DNA of 64,000 nucleotides from Chrysomallon squamiferum (taxonomy: Eukaryota > Animalia > Mollusca). The DNA lies in contig CM022679.1 of the NCBI GenBank assembly GCA_012295275.1, positions 10,602,001-10,666,000 on the forward strand, read 5' to 3'. The notes under the pieces were generated by a model, which was not told where the DNA came from, did not search any database, and saw nothing but the letters and a program-made list of their open reading frames with translations. Shown here in pieces: positions 29,386 to 41,900 of the stretch. The stretch's first letter is position 1. Each line of letters begins with the position of its first letter. Position numbers and translations under genes: made by a program.

Positions 29386-32300
29386 CAAGTGAAAGGTTGA
29401 ACATGTTGGGGAGAAAAAAAAAAAAAAAAAAGAGCTATTTAATACAAGTGATTCTTGTTTATGTCACTTCCATAATGCTTCATGATTTATTGGCCAAATG
29501 TTTCTCGCGTGCTAATTAATTTTCATCGTGGGACCCGATTTGAAGAGATATTTCGTTGGATGAGGAGAGATTCTGCATGTTACATGTCTTGGCAGTTTGT
29601 ATTGGCGTTCTTTCATCCAGGGTTGAATGTTGTGTGATGCTGTTGTGTATTCGCGTTAAAGAAATATTAATGACCGAGGACGGAATGTCAATGACTGAAA
29701 ACAAGGTTAAACTGAAAAGATTTTGTTTCCCGTTGTGAAAAGGAATTAATAAAAAAAAAACTGACAGCGGTTATGAAAAATGGGTGGGGAAAAAATACGT
29801 TAGCAAATTTGTTGTATATTTGATTTATTAAAAAGAATTCTTGTATTTTTATTTTTTTATTTTTTATTTTTTTGTTTAAATTATGAAAGAAACAAGAAAA
29901 GACTTATGAAAAGTAGTGATGTTGTTTATTATTTCAGGAAATTAACAATACAAAGAGTTATTCATGTTTCTAGATGGTTATGATTATAATTATTACGTGC
30001 ATGATTATGATGATGATGATAATGATGATGATGGTGATGATGATGATGATGATTATTATTATTATTATTATTATCATCATCATATTCATCTTTGGAAACG
30101 AAAAGAGTGTTAAAAATTGTCTATATGTACATACATTACAATGAAAGGTTAATGAAGATGTATATAAACTGAAAATAGAGATTTCTTTTCCGCCGATGTT
30201 ACACATGACGACGAACCTGTATGTTTTAACTGATGATAATTAAACGGGTGTCAAAACAGATTGTATTCGTTACGTTAATTATTTTAAATCAGTAATGAAA
30301 TACGGCAATCGATGCAGGTTAAAACAGATCATTTCATTAACAGACAGATCTGAGACATATCTGAGATGACAGATACATACTGCATCAGAAACAAAGAAAA
30401 ACATATTGCATATTACTGCTCCATTCTGTATATACAAGAACTACGTACATGTACCCTTTATACGTATACATGTTTATATCAAATTGTCAAAACCCTTTGT
30501 GTGAAATATATCAATTGTAAATAGTCGTATTGCTTATTAATGACTTAGTTCCCAAACAGGGCCTCTTTCGTTTTCAGTTCTTGCGGCGTCGTTATTTATT
30601 TAAAGAGCTAATTAATAGTAGGCCTGTTTGTTTTTGTAGGGGGAATAGGTTGTAGTTCATATGTAATATAATTTATTTATTTGCCTTCTATATTCGTTCA
30701 CTGAAAACTAATTTCATTCTAGAAAATGTCTTCACACTTTCATTGTTTAAATCAATAACCATTATAAGAATCTGAAGATTTTTTCTTTTTTTTTTCTTTT
30801 TTTCTAAACGGGAAAAAAAGAAGAAGATGAAGATGAAGAAGAATAAAAGAAAGAATAATAAAAAAAAACAATAAAAAAAAAAACGTGTAATTTAATTGTG
30901 AAGTAAGCTGAACTGCAAAGAAATGGACTATTTTTAACACAACAACATAACAAACCGTATAACTCTTCATATTTCGTCCTACTTTTTTAATAATCTAAGA
31001 TAAAGAAATATACTTTTAGAATTAGGCGTCATCATTCATCTGAGACTACACTCAATGCAAACACCAGTATAATATACCCATTTATCTTATTACTGGAATC
31101 GTCTTAACCAAACTAAAGAAGGTTTGTTTCAGTTTTACATGTTGTTATTATTAATCGTAGCTTAAATACTAAGTAATAGAAATGCATTCTCCTTAACTCC
31201 GAAAAATTATGCATAACTGAACATAACATGATATTAAGCATATGCTCCATTCAGTCTTATTTCTTGAATAATCTAGACCAGACTAACGCGGTATTATTTC
31301 AGTTATTATTAATTCGAGCATAAACCGAATAAAAGCGAACTGTACTCATGTAGTACTATGCACCATCACTGAGCCAATAATCTAAATTATAATAAAGTGA
31401 AATTATAAGCACTATTTCTGTATTTGGCTTCATTATTAATCTCTTTTAGTAGAAGCTGCTGAAAGCGTCGATGGTTTAGGACATCAGACAGACGTTTGCC
31501 AGACAGACGTTTATCAGACAGCTTAGCATTTCAACAACCCTAAAATCCTAGAAAATCACAATCGTCTTGTTAAGATCACAGACGCCACAAGACGACTTTT
31601 CATTAGCTGGGGTATTTACATTTAAACAAAATAAAATAATGTGATTTGTTTTTGTTTTTTCAAAATGCTGATAAATTGCAAAACGAATTCTTATTACTGA
31701 ATATGGACAAAGAATTTTTAAAATAACTTTTTTTTTTTTTTTTTTTTCTGTTCATAATTCTCGGAATTATCTTTGAAGTATCATATAAGTAATTCCATAC
31801 TGTTATGTGATTCTGAACAAAAATCTCCAATTTGGCACATTTTCAAAGCGCCAGCCAAATTCTACTTCTTCGACCGGAACAGACCATTTGAGCGATTTTT
31901 CGTCACAGCAAAGAAATAATTTGTCCTTGAGCATTAATTAACATGTCTGCAGACAGCAAATGACTTTAAATTAATCTTCTGTGTAGCTTCACCCGACTGG
32001 AAATATGTGTTTTTCTCTGTGTATCTAGATGTCTGAATCGCTTTATCATTCTATATCCATATGTATGCATCTCTCTCCTTGCTGTTCTTTGTAATTTTTC
32101 AGCCTCTTCGTCTGTCACTCTTTCTCTTTCTTTTCCCGTCATATTTTAGTTACAAACGTCAAAATACGGCTAGAACAAGCAAAGAAACCACGCAATTTTA
32201 AATAAAACTAATTTTCACAGTGCTTGTGCTATGACATTTATATTAATATGGAAGCTATGGAACAAAGTGCAGATCATCCATAAAAGCGCCAAACAGTTAA

Positions 32301-32884
32301 CTCCCTTAGGTAAAAGAAATTACAAGACTTTTATCACTATTCATTCCTAGACATTGCCCTAAGTCGTACTCATGATAAAATGCTTTATTCTCTTGATATT
32401 AAATTTACGAGCGATTTCACAAACGCTTGCCCAGCGAGTTCAAACTCACGTCTTAGGAACTGTTTCATTTCTTAAAGGCACCGCGATTGTTTTCAAACAC
32501 CCGAGAGAAATTCTTACTTATAGACGATTCTGGGTTATTAATTTCGATTAATCTCACTGACCAGAGTGATAAGCTAGCTATCTGAGACAGCTAATGAAAA
32601 CACTAAGCATGTTAGCGATTTTACCAATGAGGAATCCTTCTAACAATAAGGTCAGTTTTTCGCAGTCGTTGGGGAATTGGATTGACGATAAGGTTTTAAG
32701 AAAAGCGTAAAGACGTGAAACTGTTATTCAAAATATTGTGACAAATACCAAGCTGAAATTAGTTAAGTATTAATTAATACGATAAATATCTCAGTTAATA
32801 AAAGTTAATAAAAGATAAAAATTCTGAATTAGGGAAATAGGTATTAAAAAAGAAAAAAGGCGTCAATGAAAGAACAGTTTATTC

Positions 32885-32915
<31 letters not shown>

Positions 32916-35900
32916 AAATATTTATCGTTCATTATGAAAATTGCAAAGAAAATCCACACTATGAACTTTCTGTCTCTGGTGCCAACGCTGTTGAATGTCG
33001 GTTAGTATAATGTACCACAAATTACAAAGGTCAACAGTATAGAACCAGAAAGAATTCACATGACTTACAATGAAGTATAAACATAATTGCACTAACTAAA
33101 TAGTAAGAGAGAGAGATAGAGTACTCTACTACAGCTGATTAGACAATTCCTGCTGGATCAGTACCTCCGCGGATTTCAGTGACAAATAATTTTTTTTTTT
33201 TAAATCAGTAATGGAACCGGAAACAAAGTATCGGGGAAAAAAGAAAAAGCGACTAATGTGTGAAATGATTTTTTTTTTTAGAACATGTGAAGACTGCAGT
33301 GGCTAAAACAATGAAATGAGGTTTGATCAGACCGATCTGTCTTGGTGGGCTCACAGAGTTTTTCCTACCACAAACGAATTCCTCACTAAATGACATGGTC
33401 TGTACTATCCTCCTCATTGGGAAGTTGGAGTTAACAGATTTCTTGTTTGCCAAATCAAAAAAAAATAATCCAGTCAATCGGTTCTTTTTAAAAATCAAAA
33501 TTGTAAAAATGCATTTACAGGCAATACACGGAGCATCAGTTTCTAAAAATTAAGATGTCATCAAATAAACGTATTAATTAACTCACTATGACGCGAGCCA
33601 GACTGAATGTAACGTCTAGACAGAAGACTAATGCCTCGATCTAAATGCAAAATAAGGTATCGGCATTAAACTCGTAACCAAATGCTAATACACCTTTATC
33701 AAACATGTAACGCCTGCAGTGACGCGTTTCAAGGAAGACTGAGCCGCTTAAGAACTTTTCAAAGGATATTGCAAATTGAAGACGGTCAAAGTGAAATATT
33801 TTATTGACGTTTTTGAAATCGAGTACAAAAAATTCATCTGGAAGACCAGACTTGAAGCTATGATCAGTTCTGAGAAAAAGTGTTAAACTGAATTCATTTA
33901 CATTTTAATCAAAAAATACAACATCACTAAACATTCATTATTCTGTTACTGTTGTACAGTCAGTGATACATCAAAATTGGATGAATAGTAATTAATATTT
34001 TTTTTGTAGCAGTGTCAGTTCGTACTTGAAATTTATCTACATATAATTAATGCTTCTAGTGAATTTAATGCAGTTATTCTTGTTTTATTTTATCTTATCC
34101 TCAAACATTGGATTTCGAGTATATTGAACATAGACTCCAACCTGTTCTGAAAGTGGCCGTCAGATACAGCAGCACTTAACAATACTACACAACAAACTAT
34201 ATTAATTATCCACTGTTTTTAAAACAAGATTGATACATATAACGCTTTCACTGTATTAATCCCAGTCTAAATATGCTTTTTCTGCTATCTCCCAAAATCT
34301 AATGAGACACGAAACTCAGTAGTTGTTTTACTGGCAATACAAAAGTATGCCTTTTCATCGTTTGCGGAATTAGACATTGGTTTGTTTGTTTGTTATTGCT
34401 GCTGTTGTTGCTTTAGTTAGAGTGTTTGTTTTGTTTGTTCTATTTTGCTTACTGAACTGATTAACTTTCTTCACATTTTTGGTTCCTGATCATGTTGGCA
34501 TTAGGGCAATAGTAATAACAACAACAACAACAACAATAATAATAATAAATAAATAAATAAATAGATAAATAAATAAATAAACAAATAAAATAAAAAGCAA
34601 ATTATGTAGACAATTCTCCTCTGAATTAACATCATTTCTTTTTGCATGTTGTATTAACAAACGTTAACAGAATCATATAATAACAAATCAACTGTTAGGA
34701 AAAACGCGTCCATCTTCACTTCCCTATAAAATTAAACTGACTCTGAACGAAATTGAAATTCTGGATTCACCCTGTATTGTAAGAGAAAATATTTTCATTC
34801 CTGTAGAATCTAACTTGTGTTTTCTTTCCATTTTACCTGAGATTAAAACAACGTAACTTGCAACGACTGCACAGAATTGCACGAACGAGAAAATGTTTAA
34901 CAGACGTTGCGAATAATGCATTATGTAAGAAATGTAGAGGCTGTGTACAGTTACTCCAACTAGAACCTATTACTATTTACTCTGTTGTTACACTATTTAC
35001 TGCCCTGCTAATCAAATCAAGTGAAATTGCAAGATGAACTGAATGTCTGAAGAACATCATGGCCTAATGGTATCAAATGTAATTTTTTGCCCAAAGTTTA
35101 GATTCTTGAATTACGTAAACAGATAAGATAACTGTGCAATTTCTAATCACAATAACGATGATGTATCAATAATAATGAGAAATAAGAAATAAAGAAAAAT
35201 AAAATGACAATACTTAAATAAATAAAAATACTATATCATGCAGAAAAAAATACTTTATTTTCAAAATATAATGGTATATTTATTACAAAAATAGTATGTA
35301 TGACATAAAATGGATTCAAGTGATCAAATGAAATTCTCAGCTTACTGTACATAATCCAAAACGCATACAGTATCGACTGTTAATATTTGTAAAACTCTTC
35401 TAGTTTATTTAATCTTTAGTTACAAAAGACTGTATTAAAAAGATTCATTAATAAATGTACACAAAAACTTGTTGTTAATATATAATGTAAATATAACAAT
35501 TTGTAAGATCAATATAATTAGTATTTTAAAACGTTAAAAAGTTATTAGAATGTATGAAACAATGTTAATCTCAAAACATACATAGCACTACATTATGCAG
35601 TTGACTTAATACAAATTCACACTCAGAAAATGGATTAATATGAATAAATGCAAACATACTGTGATGAAAATAAAACTTGATAATGGCCATGAATTTTACT
35701 GTCAATAAAGCTAAACTGTTTCAACATTTTTGTGAGTATTTTTAAACAGCATTGCAATTCAACTGAACACAAGCTGCAGAAACATTATGATCATTATAAG
35801 TGATATAATTCAGAAAATATTATTCTCTCCATAATGAAAAGGAATTAAAAGTATCGATAAATTTACTGTGACACACGTCACAAAATACAAAAACAAAAAT

Positions 35901-36104
35901 CATTGCAGTCGTGAAAAATATACTCAGTCTGTCAGGAACTTTTTATACACATCGCTTTATGAAACTAGTGCCAAGATAGATGAGAAAATGTTATGTACGT
36001 TCATCCATATCCACGACATATTTTGAATTTAGATCAGAAATAAAAAATAAAAAAATAAAAAAATACCCAAATTAACAATTCTGGAATAACCCTCAGTAAA
36101 AATT

Positions 36105-37894
36105 TCAGCTAGTTTCGATGGGTTCTTTCTTAATAAAGATTTCTTCCTCTTTTTTCACTGGTAGTCTCCCTTTAAACTGACTTCTGCCGAATGGACATAT
36201 AGTCAGATTGAGACAATCTTCGCACCTAGGACGTAACGGCAGACACCGCTGTTGTCCAAACCCTACTAGAAGATGGTTGATATCTCGCCAATGTTCCCTT
36301 AAAAAATAAAAATAAAAATAATAAAAATTTAAAAAATGATCATAAAAAGTAAAAAAAAAAAAAGATAAAAATAAATTATTAAATGTAATTTTCTGTTATT
36401 ATATGAGAAATTTTTTTTGTAAGATAATATTTTCGCACAATATTTTTTGTTAATAAAACAATTGTTAATACATTCAAATCTAAACATCTGCGTAAATCTA
36501 ACAAACTCTGTACCTTGGAAGCCAGTCTTCTAGAGCTTTCCTGGTTGCCTCTGGTTGCTTTGTTGGTTGTTTGACCCATTTGAGACGGTTACTGATGCGA
36601 TGAACATGTGTATCAACCCCAATCCCAGAAACAGTATCCCAGGCACACTTCATAACAAGATGAGCCATTTTTGGACCCACTCCAGGCAGCTTGCATAAAT
36701 CTACAACAGTCTTTGGTATGTCCATTTTATATTCATCCTTTAGTATTTGAGAAGTTCTCTTAATGTACCCAACCTTAGTCTGTAAAATGATATAAAATAA
36801 TTTTTAATTATTTAATTTGCTTAACAGTCAAGATTAAAAACAAAAGTATAGATGTGTTTTTATATATTATGAAACCAGCTGTGGTTAATATTGTCCGTTA
36901 GTGACAAACCATATATCAGGAAAATACTTATCATAGGTTCTGACTACATGATTATCCACAAAATCTTTACCACTGTTTTTTTGTATTTTTGATTTTTATT
37001 GAAATGAAATGAAATGAAATAAAATAAAATAACAAAACAAAATATTATGTAATATAACATAATGTAACAAAACAAAACAAAATAAAAAGATAAAATAAAG
37101 GAAAACAAAACAAAACATTAAACGTAAATTTGAAAGACCAGCACTATCAAACTCAATAATTTCAAAAACGTCCATAAGTTTATTATAAACAACCTTGGTA
37201 AAACCAACAGGATGAATCAGTTGTGCAAGTTTCTCATCTGAAGTTTTGAGTATATTTTCAATAGTACATCCATGTTTTCTCAGTCGCATCATGGCAGCTG
37301 ATGTCACCTGATCTTTGGTTTGACTTGATAGCATGAGAGAGAGAAGAACTTGATACCTATATACCTGGAAAAAAAAAAAAAAAAAAAAAAATCCAAATAC
37401 AATGAAAATGTAAAAATTGACTAATGAAATAATTATAAAACACAAAACATACTGAACTTTGAATTTCTTTATGAATTATACCTCAGGTGTGGCAGTCTGA
37501 TCACTGATGACATCACAACCCATTGTATCCACTGGAGCATCCAGCTCACTTCTCATCTCTTTGATATTCTGAAGATGTTGCCTCCAGTTTTTTGGTTCCC
37601 AGCCTGTGTGAGTTTTTATTAAAACATCAGAACTAACAGGTTCTTTCTTATCAGGTTTATCTCTGTCATTCTGATATTCTGATTTAACTAGCAAGTCATT
37701 TTTATTTATGTCATCAGATTCATATTTAATTGTGATATGTTTTAGTTTTTTTGCTGCAACTGGTTCAGTTTTTGGTTTGGCTGCTTTCCGAGAATTTTTT
37801 GGTTACTGACACTGTTCTTTCCCATTTCTTTCAACTTGCTACGAGTAAAATACTTCGATTCCATTGTGACAATTGTTCTAATCCAGCCAGTCAT
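36105..37894 (-). CDS. NTHL1: Endonuclease III-like protein 1 (HhH-GPD DNA glycosylase/AP lyase)
   Basis: Coding exons: 37894 (or 37864)-37482, 37364-37194, 36779-36514, 36297-36105. All introns are GT-AG with consistent phases. Motifs: LMLSSQTKD, Hh[29 protein letters not shown] and the 4Fe-4S motif C-x6-C-x2-C-x5-C ([17 protein letters not shown]). One base is missing in the homopolymer at 37795-37800. Confidence 0.95.
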
Positions 37895-38245
37895 TAAAGT
37901 GTTAATTATAATTCTAAAAAAAATAATAAAATACCAAAATTCATTTTACCAAATTAATAAACCAGTCACCAGAGATGTATCCAGTACAATCATACAATGG
38001 ATTACATAAAATGAACCTATGTGCAAATAAAAAAATAAAAAATAAAATAACAGGTATTACTGATGCTGATGCAGTTTGTCAAATGTGTTATATATTACTT
38101 AGTTTACTGTCACTCTAATAATCTATGCCTTCTTTACTTTAGCAGAATGCTTGAGATACTACCTAAAATTGTATCATTCAATCACTGGGTAATACTGAAA
38201 AACATAATTATATTCAATAATAATAGTGCATGCTTAGCTACAGTA

Positions 38246-38297
<52 letters not shown>

Positions 38298-38299
38298 CT

Positions 38300-38621
38300 G
38301 ATGATACACTGATGATACACTGATAGTTATACGACTTTTCACTAGTAGTAAAAGTACCAGCAGTAGACGCTTTAAATCGAGATGGGAAACTAGCTCATTT
38401 ACATGAAAAGGAAATAATTTCAATTTCATTTAGAAGCATAAACTTTAAAAAACGTATTATTAATTCTGTTGGTGTCATTATTCTGTCTGTTGTATGTCAA
38501 CAGCTAATATTAATACTTTCTAGTGTATACGCATCCGCGGTTTGATTCCGTATATTTGTAGGTGAAGGTCGTTAATTTGCAACAACACAAGGCGAAATAG
38601 CACGTTGGGTTTATATCCATC
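38300..38621. promoter_or_regulatory. Putative bidirectional promoter NTHL1/PRPSAP
   Basis: Divergent start codons lie about 730 bp apart, with local CpG retention (ACGCATCCGCGG, TTCCGT). The NTHL1 coding exon begins after an acceptor at 37914-37915, so a non-coding first exon must lie upstream in this interval. Confidence 0.55.
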
Positions 38622-38823
38622 ATGTCGAACCTTACTGACGCTCCAAAAGCTCCTATGATTGTCTTGGCAGGAAATTCTCATTATGAATTAGCAGAACTTG
38701 TTGCTAAGTATGTAAAACGAGGGATGACAATTTGTTGTTGTCAACATTAAAGACAAAACCGTTTGCGTAAATTATAATCAAAAGAATCAGAATCAATCGA
38801 TTTGTTATTGTTTATATATATAT

Positions 38824-38918
<95 letters not shown>

Positions 38919-41900
38919 ATAAAATAAAAAAACAGAAAAAAATGTGTTCGCTTCAGTAACTTATATAAGGATTATTATTATAATAGATGATTATATCGAA
39001 ACAAAATTATCATTTATAATAATTATTTAGTTTCAGACATCATTTTATCAGTAGAAAACTGTTTTTTTTCAGAGGTAAAGATTTTTCTTTTATATTTTTG
39101 AAAAGGTAATTAGCTCTGTCAAATTTGGTTTTAAGAATTAAAACAGAAATAAAAATAATTCAATTGTAATTTATTCTTAATTAATCACCTTTGCAGACGA
39201 CTGGGTATACGGCTGGGTGATATGGCTGTGTTTCACAAAACAAATCGTGGTGAGTATACATTATTTGTTTTCTAAGAAGCATATAATGATATAGCAAATA
39301 ATTATTATTTCTAAAACAGGATTTATCATTTATATTTTTAATATTCATTAGAATTTGTACCATTTTAAAACCGAAATTCTAAAAATTAATTTTATTGTAC
39401 GATTTGTATCAATAATTTTGACATTAATGCGTTTCTTTCAGATGTAATCGGTATTTATTTTATATTACAAATGCTAAATTTTACATTTTAGAAGATAATT
39501 TGCACATGAAGAAAAACATTAAATGCAATATTTTGTACATAGTTTGTTATATTTAATTTTGATTTTCCTGTCATGTTGGCTAGCTTAATTTGCTACATGT
39601 ATAATTATTAAATGTTTGTGAATGATAAATTGTATAACATAAATACAGTTAATAAATAAAGAAACCTATTTGATTATTTTGGGGGAGTGATGTATAACCA
39701 TTTTAATGTAAATAAAACCTGTTGAGAGTGTGTCATTAAATAAAACAATTATTTCCTTATTTTATTATTTTTAAAATTGTTCTTTAATATTCACTCATTA
39801 TATATTTATTTATTTATTTTTCAGAAACCACTGTTGAAATCAAAGAATCAGTTCGTGGTAAGGACATATACATTATTCAGACAGGAACAAAGTGAGTAAA
39901 TAGCTTTTTAATATCTCTTCTGATAAGTTACTGGTTTACCATGTGATGTTAATTCTTACTGATGTTAATTCTTACTTTGTAAATAAACACTGGAATGGTA
40001 CAGGATAAGAGCCAGTTGGTTGGAATGGAAAATAGCTTAACAGACATTCATAGAAGAATTAATCTTGAAAATATTTTGACACTACACATAGAAAACGTGT
40101 CATGATATACGTATCACTTGAAGTAAAAATGATAAACTATGGCATTAAAAATAAGATACAAAAACAGGCATCTCAGTTGCATATCAGTATCACATCTCTG
40201 ATTTGATACATAACACACACATACACACACTGATATATGCATTATGCACACACATTACAAGTAATCACTCACTGTAATTTCAGTACTTAATGTTCACAAA
40301 AATACCAATTTCCAAACATTTTTAAGAGTATTTATAAACATTTTTCATTTCTTATTATTTTTCAGAGATGTAAACAATGACATCATGGAACTACTTATTA
40401 TTGCCTACGCCTGCAAAACTAGCTCATGCAGAAACATTGTAGGTGTTATCCCCTACTTACCGTACTCTAAGCAGTGCAAGATGCGAAAGAGAGGCTCAAT
40501 TGTCAGCAAGCTCATGGCTACAATGCTTGGGAAAGCTGGTAGAATTTTCATGTTGGCTGTGTCTTGTTCATTGTCTTTCCTCTCTAGATTTTGTCATAGA
40601 GATATTTTCATTAAGAAAAAATAAAATGTTGTTTGAATTATTATTACAGACGTTTTTCTATTACTGTTGTATTATCATTACTGTTGTTGTTGTTGTTGTT
40701 TTTATTATTTTGGTATTCCTGTTAAGTGTTAAAAATGCAGTTATTATTACTGTTATTATTAATATTTTATTATTGTTGCCATTATTATTATTTTATTATT
40801 ATTGCCATTATTATTATTACTTTTGTTGCTATTATTATTATTCATTAATCATAATATTTATTTATTATTTTCAGAGATTTACATATATATTTATTACAAT
40901 GTTTACAGAAGGAAATTATATAAAATACAAATGATTTATTGTAAGCATTAAATTTTAACATTCACCATTCATTGTGCTTAGAAAGGTTATAATAGATAAA
41001 ACCAATTCATGTTTTGTTTGCTTTGTGAACTGTAACTAAAAATACTAAAATAAATTAACCCACATTTGGCCTTTACTGTTGCTGGTAACATTTACTACAG
41101 GCAACAATTACTATTTTATTTTTTACTGACTATTTATTTAAATGCTTTCAGATTTGTGTGAGTGTCTTTAATTTCAAACAACAAGAAATAAAAGTTAAAA
41201 GTATGCCATGTATATAATAAAATAATTTATATCAGTAAATGGATATTTTTGTTAGTTGTTCTCAGGATGACTTTGGACAAAATTGGTAGATTATTATTAT
41301 ATTTATTTTAAATACTGGTTTTGATAAAAGGGTACGTTATACACTTGAAGCAGCATTGGGATGTTGTTGGTTTTTTTTGTAATTTTTTGTTCTTGAATAA
41401 TTTGTGATATAGATTGACAAATGTGTGTGTAGATAAACTAGATAGATAATTAGTTTCACAAGAATATGAATGCATCTTTTCAAAAAAAATTATATGTCAA
41501 ATTGTAGAACACTTCAATAACATTGTACATTTTTGGACTGCATTACACACACACCAACTATTTTTTCAGATTTGATTAGGAATCATATTGACAACTGTAT
41601 ACAAATATCAATTTCTGTTGTATCTTTACTACTAGGATTACATCACATTATCACTATGGATCTGCACCAAAAGGAAATTCAGGCCTTCTTTGACATTCCA
41701 GTGGACAATCTGAGAGCATCTCCTTTTCTTATTGATTACATTAAAGAATTCGTAAGTTGTTAGATTGTCAAATATTATTAAACATAACAGTTAAAGAAAC
41801 CTCAGTTAATTCTAGGTTACATTCTGAAAATACTAATATATTTTCAGTAACAAATTTGTTTTTCTTACTTGATTTTGGTTTGTGCTGGGTTAGGAAAACT

